Assembly: GCA_951406725.2 (NCBI GenBank)
Contig: OX597826.1
Span: 47,802,001-47,866,000, forward strand
Origin: Octopus vulgaris
Taxonomy: Eukaryota
Length of the DNA stretch: 64,000 nt
Reading direction: 5' to 3'
Below, piece by piece: positions 1-14,329 of the stretch. The translations under genes were made by a program, and so were the position numbers. Numbering within the stretch: the stretch's first letter is position 1; the number at the start of each line of letters is the position of its first letter. The notes under the pieces are model-generated. The model saw only the letters and a program-made list of their open reading frames with translations, was not told the DNA's origin and ran no database searches.

Positions 1-114
1 AGGTTCAGTCCCACTGCATAGCACCTTGGGCAAGTGTCTTCTACTATAGCCTCGGGCCAACCAAAAGCCTTGTGAGTGGATTTGGTAGACGGAAATGGAA
101 AGAAGCCCATCGTA

Positions 115-177
<63 letters not shown>

Positions 178-400
178 GTGTGTGTGTGTATGTTTGTGTG
201 TCTGTGTTTGTCCCCTCCCAACATCGCTTGACAACCAATGCTGGTGTGTTTACGTCTCCGTAACTTAGCAGTTCAGCAAAAGAGACTGATAGAATAAGTA
301 CTAGGCTTACAAAGAATAAGTCCTGGGGTCGAAATGCTCGACTAAAGGCACTACTCTAGCATAGCTGCAGTCAAATGACTGAAACAAGTAAAAGAATAAA
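1..400 (+). mobile_element. SINE family A (tRNA-headed, CORE-like segment, internal (TA)n/(TG)n), 5' end cut by window edge
   Basis: Matches the other copies: ggttcagtcccactgc..ggcaccttgggcaagtgtctt..(TA)n..gactgaaacaagtaaaaga tail. Confidence 0.9.
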
Positions 401-939
401 CAGTAACAACATCAACTACAACAACAATAATAATGATAACAGCAAAGAGATGTGTTAAAATAACTCAGCAAACAAATGACATCTTCACCCATAAACATTT
501 GATAAATTCTTCTTAAAACCATCTTCATTGGAATAAATAAATCTTTGAGAACCATTTTCCAAAATCTCTCTAATACTCCAGTTTGCTTTGATTCTGTTAA
601 GGTCATCAGTTTCTATAACCTTCAAAAACCTACCCTTATGTTAACCCTAAATATTTTCTCACACACAACATAATTTGTTTCCCTTATTTCAGCCCCACTT
701 GTTGCTGTTGTTGTCATCGTTGTATTAAATAGTGATCCCTTCCCATCCACGGCCACCACCTTTACACTTGACTTGTCACCACTGGAAAAACATCAGAAGA
801 ATGTTTTTGCTTTTTGTTTTTATTTATTTTGGAGTGGTTGTCACCAACACCATTACCAGACTGCCGCCAACACTGCCATCTCCATCATCACTATCAGCAA
901 GAACATTCCACGCCAAACCAGCCCACCGGCAAAACGACC

Positions 940-1490
940 ATCACCTGGCACCATCATCATTACTATCACCACCACTATCAATATCATCATCACCACCACC
1001 ATCATCAACCTATTCTTTCTAATCATCATCATCATCAGTAGCAGTAGCAGTGACAACAAGAACAGAAGCAGCACCATTGTCCTTACATTGCTCTAAGCAA
1101 ACATCAACATCAGTACTACCACCACCCCCACCCCCACCAATATTTTCATCATCATCATCATCATCATCATCATCTTCATCATCATCATCATCATCATCAC
1201 CACCATCATTCTAATCCACATTATCATCAGCAACAATCGCAGCACCAGGAGCAACATCAGCAACTACAAGACCATCTGGTGTTATCACCACCACCACCAC
1301 CACCACCACCATCACCACCACTATCACCACCACCACTATCATCGCCAAGACCACTACCATCACCCCCACCTTCACTGTCATCACCACCACTACCACCAGT
1401 TTCATTGTCAATATGACTATTAACAACAGCAACAACAATACCAGTATTGCTATTATATCACTTGGCATCAGCATCATCACCATCACCATG

Positions 1491-1530
<40 letters not shown>

Positions 1531-1605
1531 TGTTATCATCGTCCCTGTCCTCATCATCATTATCCTCGTTCACCATCATCCACACCAACAGTATCATTGT
1601 TGTCA
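940..1605. repeat. compound (CAT/CAC/CAA)n trinucleotide low-complexity tract
   Basis: Runs of catcatcat, caccaccac and caacaa; source of the poly-H/T/S/D/V ORFs. Confidence 0.9.
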
Positions 1606-1670
1606 TAAAAATATGCCTTCACTAGAACCTAACTAGCACCAAAAATGGACCATTCTTATGAAATCCAAAT

Positions 1671-2093
1671 GTACAGGAGTGGCTGTGCGGTAAGTAGCTT
1701 GCTAACCAACCACATGGTTCCGGGTTCAGTCCCACTGCGTGGCACCTTGGGCAAGTGTCTTCTACTATAGCCTCAGGCCGACCAAAGCCTTGTGAGTGGA
1801 TTTGGAAGACGGAAACTGAAAGAAGCCTGTCGTATATAGGTAAATATATATATATATATATATGTATGTGCATGTTTGTGTGTCTGTGTTTGTCCCCCCA
1901 ACATCGCTTGACAACTGATGCTGGTGTGTTTACATCCCCGTAACTTAGCGGCTCGGCAATAGAAACCGATAGAATAAGTACTAGGCTTACAAAGAATAAG
2001 TCCCGGGGTCGATTTGCTCGACTAAAGGCGGTGCTCCAGCATGGCCGCAGTCAAATGACTGAAACAAGTAAAAGAGTAAAAGAGTAAAAGAGA
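1671..2093 (+). mobile_element. SINE family A, full length
   Basis: A-box-like tggctgtgcggtaag, B-box-like ggttcagtccc, internal TA/TG tract, (gtaaaaga)n tail. Confidence 0.92.
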
Positions 2094-2351
2094 GTACAGA
2101 GACCGAAATGCTAACAAATACTTTAAATATACTAACAATATATTTCTCTTGGGATCTTCATCTTCAACATGCTTAGGAATCATTGAGATTAAAGTGAAAA
2201 GATATTCAACCATTTTAACATTTCTACCAACTCACAGAACTTTACTGTACCTTGTACAAACATAGGAGAGCCTACTTTGTCGCTTGACTTACATGAAATA
2301 ACAACCACATCTCAATCAAACCCTTCAAAGAAAAATGTATTTAATAATATA

Positions 2352-2714
2352 AGGTGCAGGAGTGGCTGTGTGGTAAGTAGCTTGCTTACCAACCACATGG
2401 TTCCAGGTTCATTCCCACTGCATGGTACCTTGGGCAAGTGTCTTCTACTATAGCCTCGGGCTGACCAAAGCCTTGTGAGTGGATTTGGTAGACATCATCA
2501 TGTATGTGTGTGTATATATGTTTGTGTGTCTGTGATTGTCCCCCCCAATGGTGGTATGTTTACGTCCCCATAACTTAGCAGTTTGGCAAAAGAGACCGAT
2601 AGAATAAGTACTAGGCTTCCAAAGAATAAGTCCTGGGGTTGATTTGCTTGACTAAAGGCAGTGCTCCAGCATGGCTGCAGTCAAATGACTGAAACTAGTA
2701 AAAGAATAAAAGAA
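2352..2714 (+). mobile_element. SINE family A with internal deletions
   Basis: Same head and tail as 1671-2093. Confidence 0.9.
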
Positions 2715-2729
2715 TGTAAAACCCAGGAA

Positions 2730-3045
2730 ATGTATGGCGTGGCTTTGATTGGAGTGTCTTTCATCATAGAGTTCGATTCCCAGACCAGGCTGTGTGTTGT
2801 GTTCTTGAGCAAGACTCTTTATTTCATGTTGCACCAGTTCACTCAGCCGTAGAAATGAGTTGTGACATCACAGGTGCCAAACTATCAGCCTTTGCCTTTC
2901 CCTTGGATAACATCGGTGGCATGAAGAGAGGAGGCTGGTATGCATGGGCGACTGCTGGTCTTCCATAAGCAACATTGCCCAGGCTTGTGCCTTTCCAGGT
3001 GCAATCCCATGGCTATTCATGACCAAAGGGGGTCTTTACCTTTTA
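2730..3045 (+). mobile_element. SINE family C, tail type 1
   Basis: gagttcgattccc B-box, gtgttcttgagcaagac core, tail gggcgactgctggtcttcc..gcaatcccatgg shared with 44285-44620 and 55495-55825. Confidence 0.8.
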
Positions 3046-3257
3046 CTACAGTGAATAAGGGTGGACCTGGTACTAAGCAACCACGAACACAATAACAGCT
3101 TACAGAGTAATCTTTGTGCCTTCTGCATCTTGCCAAAAAAAAAAAAAATTAATTAAAACAGCAACAACATTTAGGTGAAGTTATACACTAATCATTATCA
3201 TCGATATGTGACCATATATTTTTGATTATATTGCTACATATTGATCTCGTTTGGTTA

Positions 3258-3274
3258 TGAAGAGTTACTGATGA

Positions 3275-3306
<32 letters not shown>

Positions 3307-3585
3307 TGGTATTGGTGGTGGTATTGGTGGTGGTGGTGGTGGTGGTGGTGGTAGTGGTGGTGGTGGTGGTCATGGTGGTCATGGTGATGATGATGATAAT
3401 GATGACAATAACTGATGATGAGGAGGAGGAACAGGACAATGACAACAATTATGATGACGATGATGATGACAATGAAGATAATGAGGATGAGGCGGAGGAT
3501 GACAACAATGATAATGTTAATGATGATCATGATGATGATGAGGATGATGATGATGATAGAAATAATAATATAATCATTATCATTA
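3258..3585. repeat. compound (GAT/GGT)n tract
   Basis: Runs of gatgatgat and ggtggtggt. Confidence 0.9.
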
Positions 3586-3764
3586 CCAGTAATCATGGCT
3601 GTTTTGTTAAGAAGTTTGCTTCCCAACCACATGGTCCCTGGTTCAGTCCCACTGCATCACACCATGGGCATGGGCCCACAAAAGTCTTATGAGTGGATTT
3701 GGTAGACACAAACTGAAAGAAGCCTGTCATATATATAACACCATCATCATCAACATCATCCTCA

Positions 3765-3910
3765 TTTAACATCCACTTTCCATGCAGGCATAGGCTGGAC
3801 AGTTTGACAGGAGCTGGCTAGGTAGAAGACTGCACCAGACTTCGCTGACCGTTTTGGTATGGTTTGGATGGCTGGATGCTCCTCCTAAGACCAACCACTC
3901 CACAGAGTGA
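3765..3910 (-). mobile_element. 3' end fragment of the RTE-like repeat family with (GAT)n tail
   Basis: Reverse complement of gtggttgg..ttaggaagggcatccagcc..gcatggaaagtggatgttaaatga seen at 30.3-30.5, 33.1-33.3, 35.0-35.2 and 40.1-40.3 kb. Confidence 0.7.
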
Positions 3911-3958
3911 ATTATACATATGTGTGAGTATGCATGTGTGTGTGTGCACGTGTTTGTG

Positions 3959-3991
<33 letters not shown>

Positions 3992-3994
3992 ATA

Positions 3995-4370
3995 CTCTTT
4001 ACTTATTTCGGTCATTTGACTGCAGCCATGCTGGAGTACTACCTTTAGTGGGGCAAATTGACCCCAGGATTTATTCTATTGATCTCTTTTGACGAACTGC
4101 TAACTTATGGGGACATAAACACACCAGCATCGGTTGTCAAGCAATGTTGGGAGTACAAGCACAGACACACAAACATATATATATATACATATACATATAT
4201 ACGACAGGCTTCTTTCAGTTTCTGTCTACCAAATCCACTCACAAGGCTTTGATCGGCCTGAAGCTATAGTAGAAGACACTTGCCCAAGGTGCCACATGGT
4301 GGGACTTAACCTGGAACCATGTTGTTGGTAAGCAAGCTACTTACCTTACCACACAGCCACTCCTGTGCCT
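3995..4370 (-). mobile_element. SINE family A
   Basis: Reverse complement of the family A consensus. Confidence 0.9.
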
Positions 4371-4425
4371 ATATACATACACACACACATATATATACAT
4401 ACATATATATATATATATATATGTA

Positions 4426-4865
4426 TAGGCGCAGGAGTGGCTGTGTGGTAAGTAGCTTGCTTACCAACCACATGGTTCCGGGTTCAGTCTCGCTGCGTGG
4501 CATCTTGGGCAAGTGTCTTCTACTAAGGCCTCGGGCTGACCAGTGCCTTGTGAGTGGATTTGGTAGACGGAAACTGAAAGAAGCCTGTCGTATATATGTG
4601 TATATATATATGTATATATATATATATATATATATAGGTATGTGTGTGTATATGTTTGTATGTCTGTGTTTGTCCCCCCACCATAGCTTGACAACCGATG
4701 CTGGTGTGTTTACGTTCCCGTCACTTAGCGGTTCAGCAAAAAGAGACTATAGAATAAGTACTGGGCTTACAAAGAATAAGTCCCGGGGTCGATTTGCTCA
4801 ACTGTAGGTGGTGCTCCAGCATGGCCGCAGTCAAATGACTGAAACAAGTAAAAGAGTAAAAGAGT
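4426..4865 (+). mobile_element. SINE family A, full length
   Basis: Head ggcgcaggagtggctgtgtggtaag through gtaaaagag tail. Confidence 0.92.
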
Positions 4866-5099
4866 ATATACGAAAATGTGTGTCTTCATGTCTGCATCTG
4901 TTCCCCATTACCACTTGACAACCAACGTTGGTTTGTTCACATCCCATGTCTTAGTTCAGCAAGAGAAAATGATAGAATAAGTAACAGGCTTAATAGAATA
5001 TAAGTACTGGTGTTGATTCATTCAAGTAAGATTCTTCAGGGCAATGCCCCAGTATGGCCTCAGTACAATATAAAAGAGAAAGACAGACTATGTGTGGTC

Positions 5100-5145
<46 letters not shown>

Positions 5146-5415
5146 CATATATTTATGTATATATATAAATATATATATATACACACACATACATGTATGT
5201 GTACTTGATTATGTTATACATACAGACATATGCGTGTGTGTGTATGAATGTATGCATATGTATATGATGCATTAAATATATATTAATTATGTATATAGAT
5301 AGATATATTAAATGTATATTGTATACATTCACATACAATATATATATATATACATATATATACAAATATATATATATACATATATATACAAATATATATA
5401 TATATATATGCACAC

Positions 5416-5512
<97 letters not shown>
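5100..5512. repeat. (TA)n-rich microsatellite region
   Basis: Pure TA run at about 5421-5512 with degenerate TA/CA flanks. Confidence 0.95.
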
Positions 5513-5513
<1 letters not shown>

Positions 5514-6064
5514 TGTGTATAGCAAGCTCGACCAATGAGACACAAGAGCTAAAACAAACAACAACGAAGAATAAAGCAAACAGCAAAGCAACAACAATAA
5601 CAGCACCAACAACACCCACCCACCGGCCCAACCAAAACCTAACAGTCTCTGCTTCACCACCACCACCACCACCACCATCGCTCAAACACACTCACACGTA
5701 CACATGTGCACACATAGATACACATACACACAACTAACGTGATGTGCTGACTGATTTCATATTTTCAATGACATGAAAGTTTATTGGTGATTTTTCGGGT
5801 GATTTTGCGACAGATTTATTTGTTAACTTTTATTGCATTTTTTTGTTGTTTTTATCTTTTTTTTTTTTTTGTTGCTTAAAGTCAATTTTAAATATTAAAA
5901 GCCAAAAAATTGAATCTATTAGATTTCTATAAAGCCATCAAGCATCGTATGTTTGACCTAAATGAAATAGAGCTTGTGGAACTCGGCAAAGGTTTTCATA
6001 TTTGCTGTTGACAAAACTAAAACCACCACTTCCTAATGGTTTGTGTATTTTAGAAAACAAAAGT

Positions 6065-6239
6065 CATGTTGTTGTTGATATTATTATCATTAATATTATT
6101 ATCGTTATTATTATTATTATTATCATTATTATTATTATTATTATATTTTTTGAATATTATTATCATCATTATATTTTTAATATCATCATCAACATCATCA
6201 TCATCATCGTCATTATCATCATCACCATCATTATTATTA

Positions 6240-6286
<47 letters not shown>

Positions 6287-6664
6287 GTTATTGTTGTTGT
6301 TGTCGTTATTATTATAGTTGTTGTTTTATATAGTACCACTATTGTTGTTATTGGTAACTATTATCATTATATCAGCATTATTATTTCTATTATTGTTAAT
6401 ATATCTTTATCATTATTTTCCTCCTCCTCCTCCTCCTCATCATCATCATCATCATCATCATTACCACTACAAACTTCATCATAAATATCATGATCATGAT
6501 CATCTTCATCTTTATCATCGTTATTACCATCAGCAGCATTATCATTCTTGTTGTTATTATTTGTTATTATTATTATTATTATCATTAATACCATTATTTT
6601 CATCATCATCATAATCATCATCATCATTATCATCATCATAATCATCATCATCATTATCATCATT

Positions 6665-6695
<31 letters not shown>
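6065..6695. repeat. compound (ATT/ATC)n tract
   Basis: Runs of attattatt and atcatcatc. Confidence 0.95.
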
Positions 6696-7900
6696 CTGTT
6701 ATTTATGCTTATAGATCTTATTATTTATATTTTATTATATTATTAACTAGATTTTTTTGTTGCATTTTTCTTAGTTTTCTTGTTATTTTTGCTTATCAAT
6801 TTCAGTCTTCATTTTTTTTCTGCTTATTTTTTAATGACTTATAGTTGCTGTTGTTATTTTTGTAAATATATGTCTAGCTCTTGAATATATTGGCAACTTT
6901 AATATGATAATATATGTATATAAATGAATATATACACATTTATATTTATACATATACACATCACTCATGTATACACACGTAGTTGTGTGTGTATGTATGA
7001 ATGTATATGTATATATATGTATATAGATATACACACACACACATTTTTGCATTTATATGTATACATATATATGTATATATAACTGTGTTTATATATAAAT
7101 GTGTGTGTGTGTGAATGTATATATATATATATGTATATATATATATCTATATATATACATATATACACACACACACACATATATATATATAAAGATATAG
7201 ATATATAGATATATATGTGTATATATATGTAAGTGTATATATATATATGTGTGTGTTTGTATGTATATATGTTTGTATATATGTATGTATATATATATAT
7301 AAAACACAAATACAGTCCCCAACTGAATGTTGTTTTCATAACAGTAAATTGAAACAAAAAAAAAAACATGAAGCAAAAGAAATCAAAGATAGTAAAATAT
7401 TAATAATTGAATATAGGTATTGATTAGTAAGAGAGAGGTATGGAGATCAGACGATGAAGTTCTTTTACTGTTTATAATTGTGTCTACTTGGATGGAGTGG
7501 AATTCAACCAATCAATGGTGATGCTGTAATGTTTGTTGCTTCTTTCCATTTTTGTTTTCTTTGGGAATATAGAGAATCTCCTCAGTGAATGAAAGACAAT
7601 GGAATTGGTATATCTATTTCTTTTTTTTTTTCCTTTTCTTTTTTGGTCTGTCTGGTTTGATAAAGTGCAAGGGACTGTTATTTGGGTACCAGGGTTCTGT
7701 TTCCAGTCTGTTACAAACTCATAGAGATGCATCTGTGTTTTCCAATATAATGACTCATTAATTTTACTTTCATAAGAATGTAATTTATTCAATTATACAA
7801 GTGAATTTTCTTATGGATTTTCACAGCCATCAGCCATCATCTTCTGGCAATTTTGAGATTAGCCACAAGGATGCATGTTTACATACACACACACACACAC

Positions 7901-7937
<37 letters not shown>

Positions 7938-8544
7938 ACAAAGTAAAGTTGTAGGGTACAGCACGAGTGGAAATATATATGAAAGAAAGTTTGAAAATGC
8001 AATTTTAAAGATGTTTATTCACTTGACCGGTTTCACTGTTTTAGAAAAAGATTGTCAAAACTAATATGTAAAACTTTGTATGAGCTTTGTTGTGTTCAGT
8101 ACTGGTTATCACAAAAGTATTAAAATACATATGTGCATTCTTTGATAATATAGTTTACAAGAAAGTATTTAAGAAAGTAATCAGAGCGGGATTCCAAATT
8201 CCATTTGGGATTTAACCTTGGAGTTTGATGTGTGTGTGTGCTGTGGTTAGAAGATTTCTTCCTAGCAAGTGAATCACGAAAAGCCGACGGGCTACTAAAT
8301 ATTAACTATTAGCAACGGCAGCAGTGTTTGTAACGAATAATTATTTGCAAATCCAACTCAAACTAGATGTATTGCTTAGATCATCTTAACCTGCTCTTAA
8401 CGTCCAGAGACACTATTTCATGTTGACGCCACGTGCTAATGAAGCACTGCATACATACATGCATGCGTGTATGTATGTATATTCTCTTTCTCGCCACCTA
8501 CTTGGTAGCAAGGTTGGGAAAGATAGTATCTTCTTTTAATCATC

Positions 8545-8790
8545 ATCATTTAAATCTTAAGAAGGTCTTGCAGATTTTTATTGTTCTTAATGCATGATCA
8601 TTTGTAGCATATGGATTAAGGATTTATATTCTCTTCCAAAGATCCCAAGTTCAACCATACTTTGCTCCAGACGAGATGGTATATATCCAGTTGCACAAAT
8701 AACAATAGGTATGAAACTGAAAGTGTATTTTGGGCACTGGATTTGCAAACTCTTTATCAATGGTCCATAGATGTCCTCTTTCTGAGCACG
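8545..8790 (-). mobile_element. C-terminal fragment of a restriction-like-endonuclease (R2/NeSL/R4-group) non-LTR retrotransposon
   Basis: Minus strand reads AQKEDIYGPLIKSLQIQCPKYTFSFIPIVICATGYIPSRL...(frameshift) KICKTFLRF, resembling RLE-domain ends. Confidence 0.6.
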
Positions 8791-8909
8791 TATGCATGTA
8801 TGTATGCATTCATGTATGTATACATTTAAAATACGTAATGTGATAAAAAATCAAATATATTTTTAGCGTAAGTAAACCAATTATTACCATATTATATGTT
8901 TATCAATTA

Positions 8910-9300
8910 CTAGCAGTATCGCCCGGCGTTGCTCGGGTTTGTTTCGACCCTTTAGAATTGGAATTATTTGAAAAGTAAAAATTTTGCATTATGTAGCTTG
9001 TTATTCTCTTTAAGTGAACATTTTTCTGGTTGAAATACACCAAAAATGGCGACACAGCAGTAAAAAAATCGTAAAAAATAGGTATTTACATAGAAAAAAA
9101 AGCACCTTTTTGATGTAAATAATTTTTGGTGTGAACATGGTCCGATTTGAATTTTTTCTTCTACAGAAGGAAGAGCAAGCCTTCTTCTGTCATACTCTCA
9201 ATTTTGGTCAACTTGCGCCGCAAGGTCTCGGAGAAGATAGTGTTGGCCGAAGGCTACCAAACCTGCCATACACAGACAACTTCAGCTTTATGTATATAGA
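8910..9300 (-). mobile_element. non-autonomous Helitron
   Basis: Minus strand starts TC (tctatatacataaagc), ends with hairpin cccgagcaacgccggg then CTAG; inserted between A and T with no TSD; body shared with 25448-25902. Confidence 0.85.
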
Positions 9301-9779
9301 TTAATCTACATTCGCATCTCGAAACGATGTGTTCTTATTATTTTGATGAAAGTAAAAGATTTCCTGTCATGATTCCTCGGCCTGTTATTTTAAAATGTCA
9401 TGGTTTGTGCTGATCGCGTGTTTTGTGGGGCGTATTCTGTATTTTCTTTCTGTCTTAGTAGATCAGATGATTTCGTTGCTGCTACGACATCTCTGCCTAG
9501 AAGGAAACATTGTTAGGAAAGGTATCCCTAAAGAGATGTTAAGTTTATTGTAGCTCCTTTGAATTATCCTTTGTCATATTCATCTGGAATACTGTATAAC
9601 ATTTACTTTAAGGTATTCTTGGCAAGAGTGTATAAACAACAATTCTAATGTTCCAAACTTGTTCAAATTTCCAAACTTTTACTATTTTTTAAAAGTAATA
9701 TCTTTGAAGATAATTTTATTGTATTTATTGAGAAATATATTACAGTAAGTCATACAAATATTCTGCAAGGCTAGCTTGT

Positions 9780-9900
9780 AAATTGTAAATTGCGTCGCTT
9801 GTAAATTGGCTAATGCGTTGCCTTGAAGAATTGCGAGGGAGATGCTCTGAAAGAGTCGTTCTACTTTGTGGTGACCATTCTTGCGAATGGTAATCATTGT
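9780..9900 (-). mobile_element. CRE-like non-LTR retrotransposon C-terminal relic
   Basis: ORF 9682..9897 contains ERLFQSISLAILQGNALA, resembling the CRE-clade terminal motif LFQRISLAIQRGNA. Confidence 0.5.
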
Positions 9901-10931
9901 TCTGGCGAAAGTCAGTTGAGAGAGTATTCAGAGACTAAAGATGTCGTATATTTCCATCAAACTCACCGGAGATCAATCTGTTGGTTATCTTTTTGTGATC
10001 CTACACCTCATGGGCAACAAAACTTAGGTTAGTAGGTTAGATATCGATTTTATCAGATTGCTGCTGGAGAAAGAAATCACTGCAAATTGCATAGCATGTA
10101 GGAGCATCACCTCCAGCATGGCCACAGTGTAATGACCGAAAGAAATGAAACAAAAAAGAGTAATTAAATATCCTTTTGTAATCTTGAATTGTCCATACTT
10201 TCATCTCTCAGAACGCTTGAGCATTTTCCTCCTCCTCTTCATCTTTATCATCATCACCTCCGCTGCCGTCATTGCTGCCACAAGTCATTCATACAATGAA
10301 CAAGAAATTAATCCCTTCAATATAGCCATCGTTAGCTCTGGCTAAACCAGTGGCTTTGTCTTCTAAGGCCCAACACAATAAAGGAGGCAACAGTTGTAAT
10401 GAGACGTAAAAAATAAAAAGGAACATCAGAGGATGAAGTAATAAATAATTGTATTATAATATATCACTTAATGGCAACTGGTCTGTACAAGATGATCTGC
10501 GGCTAAAGACCCATTAAGCATTTACCACGATCATGATTGACAACCACATCCGTCATGATGTCATTATAACAAGTGAACCACGGTGCAGTTAGAATTTAAA
10601 AGGTGACTGTGCGGAGGTGATTAGAACACTGTTGTCTGGTTAGTAATCAGTGCTAGAGGACGAAACCACCTTTTGTAGACAACAAGTTGATTTATGGACC
10701 CAGTACGAAAGGCCAGGTTCGCATTACAATCATTACACCGCATTTGGATGATGTGTTTTTTTTTTTTTTTTTCTAGTTTTAGCTTTTTTTTTTTGTCTCT
10801 TAAGTAGCCTTTGTTATGAGATTATGTGTCACATTTTCAGTATTCAGTGTTACTAGCTGTCGGCTGCCATTGTGTATCTCTCCTCCCCCTTTTCCACTCT
10901 CCCTTTCTCTCTTTAGATATATATATATATA

Positions 10932-10983
<52 letters not shown>

Positions 10984-11406
10984 CTCTGCTAAATCTAACC
11001 TGTTCATTTTACCCACCTCAACGTTTTTAGCATTTTCTTTTATTATCTAACAGTGAGTGACCATTATTCATTGTTACCAGCTTCTTGTTGACATACAGCG
11101 GCCCCTGACAGTTCAATTAGGGACTAGTGAACACCTGCCTCCTTCTACATTGACCTTAAAGTTCTCTGTCTCGATCTTTTGTCATCATTAGCAAATTGTC
11201 AGTCGTTCTTACAAAAGCCTTTTTTCCCAACGAGTTGTCTCTTAGAGCAAACGAATACCGAAACATTTAACATATTTGCATTAGCTTAACTAAGTAACCA
11301 CTTCAGCCTCTATTATCACTCTAACAATTCGACATCAAACACCCTAACATCCCAAACTAATATATCCTTATTAGTGTCACAGTTAAAAAGAGATAGGAGG
11401 AAAAAA

Positions 11407-11750
11407 TAAATCTATTGTCCGTTGGGATCGTTTTTTTTAATTCATTTAAACAACCAGAATGTTTTCAAATTTTCACCGGATTTTCTTCCGACTTTCTACA
11501 CTCATGTGGTTTTCCTTGCCAATGTAGAAAATCACATTGATTTCCCCCCACCCCACAGAAATTATTCATAAAAATTTTATAAATCTATTGTTCGTCTGCA
11601 TCTTTTTGGAACTCATTCAAACTACCAGAATGATTTCAAATTTTCACCAGATTTTTTTCAGTTTCTATACTGATGTGATTTGTGCTTCCTGATGAGGAAA
11701 ATCACATTCATTTTCTGTTTTTTAAAGAAATTATTTATAAAAAAATTGTA
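11407..11750. repeat. degenerate tandem duplication of a ~172-bp unit
   Basis: taaatctattg..ccagaatg..tttcaaattttcacc..gaaaatcacatt..aaattatt occurs twice in tandem. Confidence 0.7.
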
Positions 11751-12296
11751 AGGCTTCAAATTTATGCAATTTTAATCAATCGAAAGCTTCCAATACTGAC
11801 ATGCCGGAAGTTGAAGTTACCTGTTTCCATGGGAACAACACACAATTTGAAAAAAAATCTTATGAAAATTTTAAAAACATGTTTATGGTTTGAAAAAATC
11901 CGTTCGGGATTTATTTATCTACCGAGATCTATTCATTTCACTTTGAGAGTTAAGCTAATTTTCAGTGTAATTAAACAACTGTAAATATAATTAGTATTAC
12001 ACATTAGTAGAAGTCACAGAATGGAGTATGAGTAATGCCAAAAGATTTAACCGTAGTATATTACTGGTATTTTGTTGATTGCCCTTGGAGAGAGCAAAGT
12101 CAACATCCATTTGGATGTAATTTAAATGAAAGTATTTCGTAGATAGCCAAGATATACAGCAACATAGTATAACATTCGATATGTCCTTCATTTTTCTAGA
12201 AGACAGTGGTGTTAATAGAAGAAAGAGTTGACTGCTATTTAAGCGAGCTCGACAAGCCATTGGTTTATTGTCATAGCAACAGCAGCAGTAGTAGTT

Positions 12297-12335
<39 letters not shown>

Positions 12336-12360
12336 TGAGTAGTAGGTGCAACAACAATGT

Positions 12361-12515
12361 GGGAGCGCAATGGCCTAGTGGTTTAGCAGCGGATTCGCGG
12401 TCGTAAGAACGCGGTTTCGATCCCTAAGCTCCACGAGGCTCCAGCGGGGGAGGGTGGTGAACCCCGCTGTACTCTTTCACCACCACTTCCTCTCACTCTT
12501 TCTTCCTACTTCTGT
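12361..12515 (+). mobile_element. SINE family D, partial and internally deleted
   Basis: tggcctagtggtt..gcagcgga..ggtttcgatccc head; ctctcactctttc segment as at 34651. Confidence 0.7.
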
Positions 12516-12865
12516 CACAAAACAGAGGAACCATAGTGTAACCCACTATGGTGTGGTAAAGTTTCAGACCCTAGTCTAGATTGCGAATCCTCTGTACCCC
12601 AGGATGGTTCAACTCTCCACCCGTTAAAACCCACCATTTACAGAATGAGGATAACAAGGTAACTTTCGCGCCCTTGCAACTGCCAGTCTATCGCGTGTGG
12701 TGGGTGGATCTTCAAGTTGCCACACGCATTCTTAGAAGCTTAGAGTAGGCTCGAATTAGAGATTATTCTTTGTGGCTAATGGCGTGAGTCCTGGTTGTAA
12801 GAAGAAGACAATTATAGTAATAGAGGCAGTAGAAACAGAAGCAGCAGTGATAGTAGTTGAGCAGT

Positions 12866-12919
<54 letters not shown>

Positions 12920-13474
12920 TTTGTTGTACAAAAAACAAGAAAGCAACAAATAACAAGTACGAAAGACAGTAACACAAAAGAAATGGTCATTTCATATCTA
13001 AACACGTCGTCGTGATTACCAGAATCATTCTGGGGTAGTTCTTTGGATTTATGATTCTTGGAATGAAATCATTAAATCCTAGCTACAAGCTTCCTGTTGA
13101 AAAATGTTTAACTTGCACCAATTTCCTGTTCCACATTAAACAGTTTAGGTTTAAGTGCTGCCACAAAGGAAGTGGATCTTCTTACTCGGTTTTCAAAGAA
13201 AAATGTTATCAGCCAAAGAATTCTTGCTCATATTCTTCTTAACATGTTATAAATGCCAAACTATTTATTTTAGCTACAATATATATATTTATGTATATAT
13301 TTATAGATACACACATACACACGAATGCGCACGTACGCGCACACACACAACTATATATACATATATGAATGTATATGATTATATATGCTTATACATATAT
13401 ACATGTTTACATAGTCTACAACTTAGAGCTACATACTTTTATATGTATATTTATTTAAATATATAAATATATAC

Positions 13475-13518
<44 letters not shown>

Positions 13519-13520
<2 letters not shown>

Positions 13521-13711
13521 GAGGAGAATTCACAAAAAAAAACAAAAGACGAAGACAGGTGGTGTAGACAACAAACTGATGTATTAGTTTAACGCTCGGG
13601 AAATGAAAAAGTCATTAACGTTTCGAGCCTACGCTCTTCCACAGAAAGGAACACAGAAAGAAACAAGGAGAGAAAATAAAGAATGTGTAGTGGCTAGCGA
13701 TCTATCATGGC
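13519..13711 (-). mobile_element. Penelope-type terminal repeat unit P2 (hammerhead-like), between (TA)n tracts
   Basis: Minus strand ctgtggaagagcgtaggctcgaaacgtt; same unit as the 3' end of the PLE at 59055-60752. Confidence 0.8.
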
Positions 13712-13714
13712 ATA

Positions 13715-13768
<54 letters not shown>

Positions 13769-14130
13769 TACATACACACATATATATGTATATATACACA
13801 TACATACACACACATATACATATGTGTGTGTGTGTGTGTGTGTGTGTAAACATATACAGAGCCACGCATGCATGTAAATTCGCACACATAGAGTTTTATC
13901 ATGCTCTAAAAAGCAACAGTAAAACAGAAAACAAAGAAAGCCTATAGCACAAAATTAAGAAAGCATTTATTAATTCCCAGAATTTGCATAGAGTTAAAAC
14001 CATATGATCACTGGTTGAATAAATTCATTCTCAGAAGGCAGCGAGCTTGCAGAAACGTAAGGCGGCGAACTGGCAGAATCGTTAGCACACCGGGCGAAAT
14101 GCTTGGCGGTATTTCGTCTGTTTTTATGTT

Positions 14131-14329
14131 GATTCGTTAGCTACTGCACGCATTTTTTTTCTCTCCTTCTTTCTGTGTTTTTCTCTCTCTGTGTATCTTT
14201 CTGTTGAAGAGCGTAGGCTCGAAACGTTAAAGACTTGTTTTATTTATATTTCCTGAGCGCCATACTAATACAATTGTTCGTTTGTTTTCCACCTGCCTTC
14301 GTCTTTTGTTTATTTTCATAAAGCTTCCC

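Noticed and set aside
487-636. Stop-free minus frame GRFLKVIETDDLNRIKANWSIREILENGSQRFIYSNEDGFKKNLSNVYG as a possible exon
   Set aside because: Splice signals are weak, I recognise no homology and there are no partner exons. It cannot be fully excluded without RNA-seq.
1211-3692. Acidic or His-rich ORFs (1211..1606, 3255..3632, 3306..3692)
   Set aside because: They come from compound trinucleotide tracts open in several frames on both strands, with no domain or splice support.
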